This document shows, piece by piece, positions 22,172 through 35,259 of a stretch of 64,000 bases of DNA. Positions within the stretch are counted from its first letter, which is position 1; every line of letters begins with the position of its first letter. The notes beneath the pieces were generated by a model. The model did not search any database and had not been told where the DNA came from. It saw only the letters and a program-made list of their open reading frames with translations. Made by a program: the position numbers and the translations under genes. The stretch is from Lama glama (lineage: Eukaryota), in the NCBI GenBank assembly GCA_028534125.1, contig CM052818.1, positions 22,384,001 through 22,448,000 on the forward strand, written 5' to 3'.

Positions 22172-25100
22172 CTTCCACTTCCTTTGTTTCATCCCAAGAA
22201 GGTTTGTGAGGAGGATCTGATGACTCCTCCTTTGCAGATGGGGGCAGGCTGGGTGCACGTGTCCAGGCTGGGGCTCAGGCCTGGGCCCAGCTGAACGGGC
22301 ACACGTGGACTGCAGGCACTCCGCCTTGGCCAAGGGTGTCTTGTCTTCCCATTCAGGAGGGAGAGGGGTGGGCTGCATCTTACACTCCCCTTTATGAGAA
22401 CCACCCAGCAGCTTCTTTGACACCACAGCCTGCAGGCTGCAGAGCTGTCCCAGCTCTGTGTTCTCTGCAGAAAAACGGAACCCTGGGCGGAAACCAGAGA
22501 AGGGCAGTGACCTCGCCCTCCCCCTTCTTCTCAGATGACAAGTCTGGGCTCTGTCAAGGCAAGAGACAGCAGTTGGGATGCAAGGAGCAATAAAGTTCAG
22601 CTGCACCCTTCCCCACCCCCATAAACAGCAGTCTCTGACTGGTTGGGATGGTGAGTATTTAATTTTATACTCGCTCTCTTAATAATTGTTGGACACATAG
22701 TTAGGTACCCCTGGGAATCCAGAAATGTTTGCAAGGAAGAAGGTTACGTTAATGCTTTATTGATTAAAAAGCCCCAATGAAGGTTTTTTCATTCCCATGT
22801 GAGGCCTTTTCTCAAATCTTCTCTGATTCTTCCCAGATGGTGTCCAGATCTCTCCCCACAGCCCCTGGCAGGGTGGGGCTTCAGAAAGTAGGAGGGTTTT
22901 GTGTCTGACAGACCTAGGAGGGTCTCAGATCTTTCACTTAACCCTCTGAGGGCAGGATGGGGGGCAGGCATCCCAGCCTCAGTTTCTTCCAATAGGACGG
23001 GAGCCAAGAAATACACACAGGTGCCTGACGGGCAAGAAGGAAGAAATAAATATTGCTTTTTTAATCGCCTGCCTGCCTTACCACAGCACAACAGCTACCT
23101 CGGAAATTTCTTTTTTTTTTTGACAACTAGAAAATAATCCTCATTCTGGTGTCAGGCGGGCCTGGTCAGCCAGCAGCAAGAGTCTTCAGTCAGCAGAGTT
23201 TGTCTTTGTGCTCCACCTTCTCAAAGCCACTTCCTCTCTCTGTATCCCGTTTCCTTCTTCAGGCCCTGCCTGGCCAGATCCCCGGGCCCCAGGGGTGGAT
23301 ACGCAGCCGGGAAGCCTCTGAGAGCCTCTCACAGTTCAGTGTTGGGAGGGAGGGCAGACCCTCACGCTGGGGACTGATGGTGCAATCTCAGGCTAGGGCC
23401 GGCTGGCTGGGGCGGCGGGGGATGGTTTGGGGCAGGGGAGGAGGATGCGAGGTCCCTCCGGGGGTCTGTCTGGTGGGAAACATGAGACATGGTTGTGTGA
23501 GGCTCCCTCCTGCTTGCTTTCTCTCAACTGTGTGTTTGCAGGTTTGGAGGTTTGATCTAAATCCTCTTAGATGGAGGTTTTGCTGTCAAGGAATCTCCTT
23601 GGGAAAATCAGCTCGATTTAAATTTATGAGAGTTTCCATAGTGAGGACTGAGCCGTGTGGGTCCTGAAGACAGAGTATGGGGCTGTCATGTGTTTTGGGG
23701 GTAGGAGGCGAGAAGAGTGTCAGGGTCCAGGCCCTGGGACATGGGCCCCACGGCAAGGAGGAGGATAAAGGATGGAGGTGGGAGGTGGTGGGTGGCTGTT
23801 CTTTCCTGCTCAGGAGGTGGAGACCTAGGGGTGTTCTGGGAGGGAGATATTTCATGGCCCCTGCAAGTCCCTAGGTATTGGGAGCTAAGTTGGTTTCTCA
23901 CAGGGCTGCCTTCTGAAGGGGCAGAGCCTGAAGGAGGTGCCGGGTGGGCATCAGTGAAGCAGGACCTGCTGCAAGGACGGGGATGTCAAGGCTGGGACCA
24001 GGCACTGCCCTCAGCTGCCTCCACCCTCCTCCCCGGGGCTGTGGGCTCAAAGCTGAGCCAAGCATGAAACACACAGCCTCTCTCTGCCTCTCTCTTTCCA
24101 CCCCCATCCCGACAGAGTCTGGTTTTCATCACCCATTAATCACTGAAGCTTCCCACAGCCTGTGTCTGTCTGTCCACACTCACCAGCTCCTTGGGCCCTG
24201 GGGGAATGGATAGACAGACGGACAGGCAGATGGTCTCTGACTTGGGGAAATTTGGGGTCACACTGGGGGCTGTTCCTTGCGCCAAGGCCGGGGAGAGGCA
24301 CGCTTCCTGAGCTTGTTAGGTTACCCCCTCCCCCAGCCCAGCCTGAAGCTGTCAGCCCGGCCCACCTCACCCCGGCAGCAGGCGACAGGGCCCATTAACT
24401 GTCCTGTTCACCAGGAAGGAAATGGGTTGGAGGGCTGAGGAATTCTAATGAAGCTTCCCCAGCTGGCAGACCGGCTGGCGGGTGAGAGCTGGCACCTCCA
24501 ACTCCGCTAGAGTTGGTGCCAGCCCTGTTCGGCCTGGCCTGCTGGATGCCCACCTGCTGCTGTGGGAACCCTGGCTTTGGGATGCCTTGCAGACCCCCTG
24601 AACATTCCCAGATGCCGAGCCCTCTTCACCCCACCTCTCTGGTCCTGTCCTCACTCTCTTCCCCTTCAGCTCCTCTGTGATTTACCTGAAGGAGATGGAG
24701 CCTCCGGGGTGGGGTTACCACATGGGGCCTTGCCCATTCAGAATGTCACCGCAGATGTGTCCCCAGAAACCAGGGGTCCCCAGCATTGGCTAACCCTCCA
24801 GCCTTTCCCTAGGACAGGCCACTGTCTTTACACATCTCCTGTTGGCCAGGCTGCCCTGGTAGGTTGGTGCAGCTCCCCAGATGGCTTCTACCAATGCTAG
24901 AGAGCCTTGCAGGGGCCGTCTCCTGCACTACCATGCTGCAAGATCTCTGGCCGACCTGGAGCCCCCAGAGGGTGGAGCCCACAGGACCGGGATTCTGAAG
25001 TTCTGGGACTCCTTCCCATAAACCCAGATTGCACATCTGCATATCATTGCACAGTGCTTTGCATTCATTTGCATCCAAGTCCACATCTACCCCACCCTAC

Positions 25101-25959
25101 ACTGTTCCCTTTTCCACTTCTGGTAAGACTAAATCTTCAACCAGCAACTCCAAAGTTGTACTTAAGCCTCCAATCCAACCCTGTCCATTTCAAGTAGGTT
25201 TTGAGGGCGTGATGTCTGCATTAGGCCTGTGTCTGAGCTGGAGGGGAGATGGCGGATGGGGAAAATAGACACTTGCTCTTGAGGTGTTTACAGCCCAGCT
25301 GGGAAACCAAATTTTTGAGTGGGATCCTGGGACAAGTCTTAGATGGAGTACACTCGAGTGTGCAGTAGATGCAGGTGCTGGGGGTGCTGGGTCAGGGCTG
25401 GGGGTTCAGAGTGGGCTGGGGGAGCCTGGGCAGTGAGCTCCAGAGTCCTTGGCACAGGGCTTTGTACACACTGGCGACTGCATTGAAGAGGGGTCTGCGA
25501 CATCCAGAGGGCTGGATTTTCTTGCTCAGCCTTGGGTCCCATAAGCCCTTTTGGCGCAGGCCCTACAGACAATTGCCTTGTGTTGTACCATTGATTTGCA
25601 TTCAGCCAGGACAGGATGGCCCCGGTTGTTGGGGGGTGGGGGGTGGGTTGGCCAGAGCTAAAGACAGCCTTCAGAGAGGGGGCTGGACATGAGAGCTCTG
25701 AGCGAGCAGCAGCGGCTGCCCAGCCCCACTGGATCCCCATCCAGATGACAGGGCTGAGGGAAGTGGGGTCCAGAGGGGCTAACTAACACACTCCAGACTC
25801 CACCCACGAAAAGGGGGAGGAGCTGGGCCTGAACCAGACAGCCAGCTCCTTGGCCTGGGCCCTTGACCACCACCCCCTGCAGCCTCTGGGGAGGGGACGC
25901 GCTGGACTGGACTCCGGGGAGGAGTTAAGAGGCAGGGATAAGCAGGGGTGGGCTCTGGA

Positions 25960-26090
25960 GTCCGACTCCCGGGGTTCAAATCCTGACTCCAATGATTACC
26001 GGCTGTGAGACTTCAGGGAAACCACTCAATTTCTCAACCGAGATTTCCTCACCTGTGGAGCGAGTGTAATATCAACGTCACCCTGCATGC
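25960..26090 (+). mobile_element. MIR fragment
   Basis: GGGTTCAAATCCTGACTCC...GCTGTGAGACTTCAGGGAAACCACTCAATTTCTC...TTTCCTCACCTGT. Confidence 0.6.
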
Positions 26091-26852
26091 ACCTGCCTCA
26101 CAGGCTCTGGAGTAATTGTGCTGCAAGTCTGCCGTCGGGTGGGGCCTGAGGGAGGAGGGTGAGGGTGCCCACCGTGGGCCTTGGAATCTGTGAGGAGATT
26201 GGGCTGAGGGGAGTGGGGACCGCCTAGGGAAGGAGAAGGGACAAGGGTGCGTGGGGGGATGGGAGCCCCAGTGCTGGGGCCTTTGGTTCCCAGAGACAGA
26301 TGTGGCAGATGTGTCCCAAAGCTTGGCAGCCTCTCTTTGCTGAATCCACTTGGTCACTCATATGCTGGGGCTCCAGGGACAGGGGGTGCTATGCCTTTGA
26401 CTCCCAAGTCCTCAAAATGCCATTATCCACCCATGATTAGCCTTCAAGGCCTGTATTGCGGTGAGATTCTGAGTTGCCTGTCATGGCCCTTGAAAGCAAT
26501 GCCTTAAGGTTAAGTTTTGCCTTCCCTGGGTTCCTTAAACCATGTCCAAGGAGGATGAGGACTCAGTGTCTCCACGCCATTGTGAAAAGCTAATCAGATC
26601 CCACTGATAGGCAGGAAAATGGGTGTATCTGTGGGGGAGGGGCGGGGGTGTTGAACAGGGGCAAGAGAGCAGAATGGGGGGTATGTGAAAATAAAACCAG
26701 AGGACCCCGTTGTAAGGAAACAATACCCAGAGGCAGACACACACCGAGACATCCAGTCCTGCCACTCACAGGTCCCCAGAGCATCAGCGAGAGGCCCCGA
26801 GGGTGGCCGGCCAGCATGCGGTTCCTGGGATGCTTTTTTTAATTTTTGCATT

Positions 26853-26897
26853 CTTTTTTTATTGAAGTATAGTCAGTTTACAATGTTGTGTCAATAT
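26853..26897 (-). mobile_element. very short camelid/cetartiodactyl L1 3' tail
   Basis: TTTTTTTTATTGAAGTATAGTCAGTTTACAATGTTGTGTCAAT, antisense to the L1 end also seen at ~57595-57630. Confidence 0.65.
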
Positions 26898-27424
26898 TTG
26901 GTTGGAATGCTCTTTCTTATGAGAGATTCTATCCAGGAGTTTAGGATAAAGCAGAGCAGAATGAATTAGCTCTCTCCTTTACACCTTTTGTTTAAGCACA
27001 TTGGGGCAGATTGAGTTTATCTATTAACTGGAGCTGAAACAGAGGTTTGGGGGCTTAGCCTCTTTGCCCCAGAGCTGTGGGCAGGGAAGGAAGAGGGGAG
27101 ACAGATGGTCTGAGGCCAGCCTCCATCTTGGGTCCCAGCCCCCATGCCTAGCCCTGTGCAGGACACCCCCTGAAGGGTAACCTGACCTGGCACATGTGGG
27201 GTCAGCGGGAGGGTCAGGTCCCTGCCGCCTCCTTCACGGTAACCCCTCCCTGGCCAAGTCACCCAGCCTCTCTGGGGGGAGCACTCTGGGCCTTCTCTTT
27301 TCCACTATTGGCTTCATTCTTTTCCTGTACTGTGGCCTTCGACCCCCAAATCCTGCAAGTTCCCTTTAGAACTCCTCCTTTCTGTGTGGGGAAGACCTTT
27401 TGTGACTTGGGTCACTCCCCTAGT

Positions 27425-27923
27425 AAAACTTACATATGTCAGCATTAGCAGAGCTTAAGTGTACAGCTGGGCAGATTGCCACATATGTGTCTGTGACCAT
27501 GTAACCACTAGATGAAGAGATGGAACATTTCAGCAGAGAGGAAGGTCTCCTGAGCCCCTTCCCAGTGATCACCACCCCTGGAGGTGACCAGTGGTCTAAC
27601 TTCTGTCACCGTCAATTCATTGTGACCGTCCTTGGCCTTCTACAAATGATATCTGGCTTATTTCACTCAACATCATGCCTGGGAGACTCATCCATGCTGT
27701 TTTGTGTGTAGCAGAAGCTCTTGTTGTGTTTTATCACTGTCCGTATGGATATATGTGTCCACTATATGGATACACCCCAGTGTGTTTAACCTTTCTCCTA
27801 TGGATGGATATTTGGGCTGTTTTCAGTTTGAGTTACTCTGAGGAAAGCATTTGTGTGCATAACTATTCATAGACACATGCATTTGATTCTCCAGGGCATG
27901 TAACTAGGAGTGGAATTGCTGGG
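27425..27923 (-). mobile_element. L1ME-type 3' fragment
   Basis: CTTAAGTGTACAGCT...GGAACATTTCAGCA...TCTGGCTTATTTCACTCAACATCATG...CTAGGAGTGGAATTGCTGGG. Confidence 0.75.
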
Positions 27924-29006
27924 GGACTTGGAGCTTTAAGAGATCACAGTCCTTCCTTCTCATCGGCTTGGCCTTGGGGCATAGTGGTGTTAGCAAAGCA
28001 AGTTGCCCTTCCTCTCCGGTGGGCCTTCCCACCCCGGGTGCCGCTTTTTGGGAAGGTCAGGCAGCTCTCACACACTGCTGGGTGTGAGGAACTGCACGGC
28101 CCACCCTGGAGGGCTCTGCACCCTGGAATCACCTGAAGAGGCCTGAATGGCTGCAGAGGGAGCTGCGGGCTCTACTTCAGGGCCTGGGAGGGAGATGGGG
28201 GAGCGTGGGGCCGAGGGCAGCGAGGCAGGAAGGATGTGATTGCCCAAGATGCTGGTGGACATTTAGTTCCAGGGTCAATGACCTGTCCAAAGTCACACAG
28301 CCAGCAGGGGGCCAGCCAGGTTGTCAGCCCAGGTGAGCCTCATTCCAGCCCAACACTCTTTCCATTACAGCAGGCTGCCCTCTCTAACGGGAGGCCTTCA
28401 AGAACAGTTAGGGGTCAGGGTCATGGTCCTGCTGAGTGCTTTTCCCTAAGATCAGACTCCGGGCCATCCTTTCTTGGACTCTCCACCCCGGCCTGCCCAC
28501 CAGCCCTGCCTCTGGCCTGGTCTCCTCCTAGGGAGACATTCACAGGCCAGGGACAGCCTGAGTCATGGCCATGGGCTGGAGGAGAGAGAGACAGACAAAG
28601 CCTGGGGGCTGGCATTGCCCAAGACCCTGTGCCAGGACCTGCCACTGAGCCAGCTGTGGGTGAGTGAGGGCAGCCTCCAGAGAACATTCCTGGAAAACAG
28701 GTTGCCCTGCGTAACTACCTCGGGCGTTCTTGGCCAGACCATCACCTTAGGCCTCAGATCAACAAAGCTGGTAGGATGGCTTCAATCATCTGGTGAGGCC
28801 TTAGCAGGTCAGAGGAGGAGCTGCCTTGGCCTCCCGGGAACATCTCACTGGACTTCTCCACTGGAAAGTTCTGGCTGATGTGTTCTCAACTAATGCTAGG
28901 TGTGGCTCATGGTGTGAAGATTTCAGGCTGTGGAATTAAGCATTCTCTGACGTTGCTGTTCTCTGTGTGGGTAAGACCCTTTGTGAAGGGAGAGAGGCTG
29001 GGCAGC

Positions 29007-29345
29007 CATGCACACACACATACGTGTGTGTGTCTGAGTGATGTGTGTGCGTGTCTACTGCTTAGCCATTCAATCTGTAAATATTTACTGATTGACTATT
29101 ATGTGCCACTAGGGATTCTGCAATAAATAAAAGAGACAAAGTCCCTGCCCTCAGAGGAGCTTATTAGGCCCAGAACATGTGTCTCCATGTGATAGTGTGT
29201 GTACCTGAAGTATGTGTCTGCTGGACCATGACTGCCTGTGTGTGTATATGTGTGATGTGTGTGTTTGTGTCTTAAGGGGGTGGGGTTCGGAATATCTGAG
29301 TACGTGCCTGTGTGTGCCTGGACATATGTGTCTGAGCGTGTGTGT
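29007..29345. repeat. TG/CA-rich low-complexity tract containing an L2 tail fragment (~29065-29170)
   Basis: Degenerate (TG)n; CATTCAATCTGTAAATATTTACTGATTGACTATTATGTGCCA is L2-like. Confidence 0.65.
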
Positions 29346-30659
29346 ATAAAGGGGAGAGAATTACTCATCCACTCAGAAGACTATTCAAGAAAGACCTCTC
29401 CCAGAGCAGTTACATTTTCATAAATAAAAATAATCAGATAATGAGTTCATTTCCGATCTCAAGTTTGATGCCAACATTCCAGTGAAACCAGACCCGCTGG
29501 CAGGCTGGCTGCTCTCTGTGTGGCTCAGATTAGCTGGGGAAAGTGCAGGGGTGAGACCTGCCACTTGCAGGCTGCAGGAGTGGGGAGGAGCGGGGGGGAC
29601 CTACAACCAAGGGAGCAGCTGCACGTGCCTGGGCCTGAGAAGCCCCTCACCCTTCCACGAGCTTCACCAGACCCCCCCAACGGCCTGTACGAGGCTTAAA
29701 CTTCCTCCATTCATTCCTTTGGGAGCAGGAATGGGCACAATCTGTGCAGCTTTGTAAATGCAGATGGCCCCAGAAGGGGTAGCCCACCAAGCATCCATGG
29801 GTCACCAGAGGACCCAGGCCAGAGCTCACAGACACTGCTGGGGGAGCCCATAGTGGGGTACAGAAAGAGCCTTGAGGGGAGAAAGAGAGGGGCCACACCC
29901 GATCACAGCCCCAGCTTCTGCCTGGATTCACAGCAAGGGAGTCAAGTGTGTGCCTTGCAAGCGCCTGCCCCTCGCCAATCCTACAGTCTGTTCTGCTCAT
30001 CCACCTCCTCATCCCCTGGGCTCCTGCTAGACAGCACCATCCCTACTCTGCCCCTCTGTTCCCTCTCCTTAGAATGCTCTCCCCTCCAACCCTGCATGTT
30101 CAAATTTATCCGTCCTTTAAGATCCACGTCACCCCCCTTGATGAAGTCTTCTCTAACTCTGCCAGCTGGGAGCACTTTCTCACACTCAGTGGTGACCACC
30201 TTCTAACTGTCTCCTATTTTTCCTCCTCGAGTCCAAGTTCCAGTGGGGCAGGATTTGTGCCTCACACAGCTGATTTTCCTCTGCAAGTCCCAGCCGGCCT
30301 GAAGATGGGCTGTTCTCAGGGGCTGGCCAGAAAGGTGACCTGAGTTGGGGTCAGGCACACGCGCCTGGCCTATGATGGGAATCTGCAAAAGGTTGTGCCC
30401 TGAGATTTGCCCTTGGGCTGAATTTGAGAGCCAATGCCAGACAGGAATTTCTTGGCAGTTGGACAGGGGCTGGGAGAAGGGCATTTGGGGGGAGAGGGGT
30501 GGGGAAAGGAGAGGGGCTTTTCCCAGAAGACATAACTTGGACCCCAAATCAAGACGTCTGTGAGATGTCAGGGGGATACACTGATGTGGGGAAAGTAGGG
30601 ATAATCAACTCGGGGCAGAGGCTGATTGTCTGCAAGTGAAAAAGAAGAATTCAAATAAG

Positions 30660-30930
30660 CCATCCATCCACTATTTATTTACCCATTCATGCCTTCAGTA
30701 AGCAACATTGAGAACCTACTGTGTGCCAAAGTCTTTGCCTACATACATTCATATACGTTATTCATCGACTTGTCTGAACAGCTGGGTGAGGAACGTGCCA
30801 ATATCTCAGAGAGGAAATCTGAGCCTCAGAGAAGCTGAAGTCAATGCTCAGGGTCACACAGCTGCTGAGGGCCCGAGCGGGATTTACACTCAGGTCAGGC
30901 TGATTCTCCAAAGCCTGAGTGCTTCCCACG
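30660..30930 (-). mobile_element. MIR (with L2-like tail) fragment
   Basis: CATTGAGAACCTACTGTGTGCCA...CAGAGAGGAAATCTGAGCCTCAGAGAAGCTGAAG...GGTCACACAGCT. Confidence 0.65.
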
Positions 30931-31284
30931 CCAGCGAGGAACAAACGGCTTATTTCTCAGTCTCTCCACGGCTTCAGGCCGAGCTGGATCGTGGCCCTCT
31001 GGCAGTATGATTAAGCCTCACTCTTTGTCTGGGAAGTCCAGCCTGTGTCGCTACCCAGTGCCCCCACCACAATTTTGCTGGAAGCCAGCTGTCTTTATCT
31101 TTTAAAATCTTCACTGACAAGATCATTTGTAGGAGCAGAGTCCTAACCCAAAGAGGCAAATCTCCACTAGGGGAATTTTTAGCGTGGAGGGAAGTTTTGC
31201 TGGGCAGGGGGTCCTCTGAATTTGCTAAGAGGACAGTTGTGGCAAGTGGGCCCAGCATGGGCTACCGTGGAAGGCAGAGCTGAC

Positions 31285-31420
31285 AGTGTTCTCAAAAATC
31301 ACCTGGAAGGTGGCTGAAAATGCATATTCTGGGGCCCTATCCCTATAGTGCCTGAATGAGCTTCCTGGATGGGCCAGGAAATCTGAATTTTTAACAAGCC
31401 CCAAAGGTTTTTGATGTGAG
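31285..31420. mobile_element. MER5A-like MITE
   Basis: CAGTGTTCTCAAAAATCACCTGGA...AAAATGCATATTCTGGGGCCC...GGAAATCTGAATTTTTAACAAGCCCC. Confidence 0.7.
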
Positions 31421-34194
31421 TGGCCAGTGGATCCCAAGAGATCCCTTAATGGGATTTAGGGGACAAAGAAATCCCAGAAAACACGACTTTTCTCAGTGCA
31501 CTTGAGGATCACGTCTCTGTTCCATTCAGATTCCTCACACAGCTGCTGGCACTACACCGAATGCCCCGCATCTATCAGTTTGTCACATGTGTTGAGGCAG
31601 CTGATTTCTTGGATCCCATAGCAGATCCTGGCATTGAACTCTCCTCAGACTCACCTCTGAAATGTGGCCTGCTCACCTAGCATGACCAAACCTTTGGGAT
31701 TTTATTATTCAGTGTATTTCCCACTCTTCTCAGCTTTGTTGGTCTGCAAATTTGAGGAGTCTCCCACCCACCTCTTCATCCAAGCCCCGGACAAATATGT
31801 CAAAGGTGCCAAGCCCAAGGCTGTAGAGGAAGCTCTCTCCATGCTGCCATGGGCCTTGAGGTCCAACCCCTGAGGACTCACAAACCCCTGGACCTGGCCG
31901 GCTTCACCCTCTAGGTTGGTATCACGAAGGATGCTATGAAACACTGGCTGGAATCCAGCTACGGATGCCGTGCATCCAAATGTCTTCCCTCATCCCATCA
32001 GCAGGACATGAAGGCTGCCTGGATCAGACCCTGGGCTCACCGCTTACTGCAGTCTTGGACGCACAGATCCATCTTTCCACAGTGCGTGTCCAGGGCCATG
32101 ATGTCAAGTTCAGTGATGGGTAGAGCGGGTTTCTCTTTGTGCCTCCTCCTAAGACCCAGGCCTGCCTCGCTGCAGTTGGCCCTCTTGAGTGCTTTAGTCT
32201 GGAGACCTATGTCCATGTTTATGCCCTAGAAGATGAGCTGAGGTCAGGTGGAGAGTTGGGAAGAAGGGAGACACTTGTGGGAATTTGGTCTTCCTCCAGG
32301 GTGGAGGCTTGAATAAGTGGTCAATGTAATTAGCATGAAGCCTGGGAATGAAATCCTCCCTCCACCCCTGGAAGGGGCTGGGCTGTGCCTTGTGCTTCCT
32401 GAGCTGGAAGGTGAGCCCTCGTGCTGGTTACGCGCAAAGTGGGGAAAGAGGCGAAGAGAGGGACTCTGCGACTTGAAAGTTCTGGCCGGGCTGGGAAACC
32501 AGTACTCAGAAGGAAATTTGATCGGGGACTGTAGCAGCTCCAGGCGTTTCCCACATTTCTCAGAGGGCTTTCTCGCCAGAACTGGGGTTTCTTTTGAGTA
32601 ATTCCTCCCCCAAGAATGTCTCCCAGTCTAACTGGGTCGGGGTCGGGGCAGGAAGCAAGCATTCCTGTGCTTTAGGTATTCTGGCTCAGTTGTCTCCGAA
32701 ACCACCATCAGCCGCCAGAAGGGAAAAGTGGGCCAGTGTTGGAGGAGCAGTGGGAGAGGCCCCCAGAACCCCAGAACCCCCCAGAGCACTCCACTGGGCT
32801 GGCGAGGGCCAGTGGTGGGTATCCCTGAGAAAGGAGAAGGTTCTTCCCGCTTCCCAGGTTCTGAAGCTCCTTCTCTGGGTTCAAGCTGTTCTTCACCCCA
32901 TGCCCCCTTCTCTGGCTTTCCACTCCTGAGGCCTTGGGTGCCCTGATTTGTCCTCCTTTAGGATCAAGGGGCCAGAGAGCGTGGCCTGTCCCCCGGCTGC
33001 ACCACCACCGCTTAGCCATTCCCCGGGGCATCAGGCCCTCCCCGCACCACAGCCCCTGTCGGCAGATCAGGTGTCCTCAGGAGCTAGAGGCACAGCTGCT
33101 GTGGCAGTTTTGTCTGTAAAAGGGAGAGGACCTGGAGGTAGCCAAGAGAGGAGGAAAGAGGAAGCTGTGTCCTGGCTTTGCGGGCGGCAGGACCTGCAGA
33201 AGCACGAGTGGCCCCTCGGGGACTCAGCTCTGAGCCACTCAGTTAGACTGTCTGCCCCACGGAGCAGCAGAGGCCCCACCCCACCGTTTTCCATGAGGAA
33301 TGGAAAAATGAGGAGAGACGGACAGCAACCAAACCTCTTTTATGCTAATCGTGCCCTCCAAGAAAGTCAGGGCCCTGGGTTGTCGTGAGCTGACTTTAGG
33401 GGGCTGGTCCCCCAAGCCGAGCTTCTCTCTCTTGTGGCTGTGGACGGCTGTGGCTTCATGATGAAGTGCCACAAGTTTGAGATGCCATAGGATAAATGTG
33501 ACTCAGCCTCTCAAGGCTAGATTTACCAGACTATGGGAAGAAAAACTACTATTATTTTTGCATTGAAATAACCATGCTTATGTTATGAAGTAGGAAGCAA
33601 AATTCACATCATTTTAAAAGAAAACACAACATTTCAAACAAATTTCTAACTTTGATCCTCTTCAAGCTATGACCCTAGAGGCCCACTCTCTACTCCCTTC
33701 AGACAAATATTCCAGCCCTCTGTGCCTCAGTTTCTTCATCTGAGAAGTGGGGTGACAGTAATCTTGCACTTGACAAGAAGTTCATGAGGGTAATGGAGAT
33801 GGGGTGTGAGGAAGAACTGGGCAGAGCTGGCATTTCCTTCTCCTCTGCCAGCAGCTTCTACACTCCAGTGCCGCTGTCCCAGGAGACAACTCTCATTTAC
33901 TAGTTCACTGGGCTTCCCCTCGATGAGCTGGGTGTGACAACCTCCAGCTTCTGGCCATGCACCTCAGTGGCCTGGAAGCTTCCTGCCTGAGCCCTCTCCA
34001 TCCTGGGGGCAGCCTGATGCAGGCACAGCGATCTGAGCAGGGGTCAGGCATCCTCCAACACCCATCCCTAACCCCTTCCTCACTCACTGACCCTAGAGAA
34101 GCTGGAAGAAGAGGGGGACTTGGGAGAAGGGAGGGGGTGTTTCTTCTTCTCCAGGCTCAAAATACCAAGAATATTTCCAATGCTACACCTAGGA

Positions 34195-34345
34195 AGGGGG
34201 GCTGTGAGCTGCCGACCTGCGGGCTGAATCTGGACCCTACCTATGTTAGTGTGGCCCACAACATATTTTAAAACTGGGAAATCTCACTTAAAAGTCTGAA
34301 TTTCTTTCTCTCTTGAAAAGCTCAGGCCTGGCTGGTTTGGCCCAT
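34195..34345 (+). mobile_element. MER102-like hAT-Charlie fragment
   Basis: CCTGCGGGCTGAATCTGG...TGGCCCACA...GGAAATCTCACTTAAAAGTCTGAATTTC...TCTCTTGAAAAG. Confidence 0.5.
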
Positions 34346-35059
34346 AAGGCCCCAATGGGCCAGAGTGAGCAGTCTCTGCCCCATTTACTGCAGACTTTGC
34401 CACAGTCTCCTCCCACCCTCCAATGCATCTCACCAGCCCCCTAGTCCACTTCTCTCTTTTCCATCGCCTGCTGGCTCCTGTGCACAGGGGAGTGTGCTCT
34501 CTGACTACACCACCTGTCAGAAGGGTTGTTTGGTCCGCTGGGATGACACCCACAGCCCAGAGAATTTTCCTCATTTAAAACTGGAGCATTTTGGACCCTC
34601 TGGAGTGGCTACTGAGAGCCAGGTGGCAGGGGAAAGTCTTCCTCTTCCCACCTCCATGAGTCACCACCAGCTCTTCATGCTGCTTTGTGCACTGGAGGGG
34701 CACAGGCATAGATCCCTGAGGGAGGTACGGTTCTGCTGAGGCTGCTAGAAAGGAAACCGAATGGTCACATTTCCTATCTTTTGAGCCCCTGGCCCTAGTG
34801 ACCGGCGTCCCATGCACTGCCCAGGGTGGGGAATGGGGGTGTTACTACTGCACACCCCTGCATGGATCTCCCAGAATCACTTCCCTGAAGGGAGTGGGCC
34901 TCTGTGTCCGGCTGGGAGCCCCCACTTCCTCCCAGGTCATATGCAGAACACAGAATGAGGTAAGGGCCAACCTTGTCATTCATTCATTTCATTCATTCAT
35001 TCGTTGTAAATGACAAGCGCCTACTCAAGGCCAGCAAACGTAGGAGGCACCACATCTAC

Positions 35060-35220
35060 TGCGGGACCTTGGGCAAGTCACAATCGCTGCACCCATTTCC
35101 CTTATCTATAAAACTGGGGCATTATAGGATCCGCCTGGGACGGTTGTGATGAGGATTAAACAAGATGATGGACAGCTTGGCGTGGAGCTGGCACACAGTA
35201 AGCGCTCAATAAATGGTGTC
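35060..35220 (+). mobile_element. MIR at the edge of a CpG island
   Basis: GACCTTGGGCAAGTCAC...CTTATCTATAAAACTGGGG...GGTTGTGATGAGGATTAAA...CTGGCACACAGTAAGCGCTCAATAAATG. Confidence 0.75.
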
Positions 35221-35259
35221 CATGTCGCCAATACTATTACCAATAAGACCATTCAGATC

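Noticed and set aside
28301..28312. CTCF-like core CCAGCAGGGGGC
   Set aside because: A single 12-mer inside a MIR-like fragment with non-consensus following bases; not supportable without ChIP data
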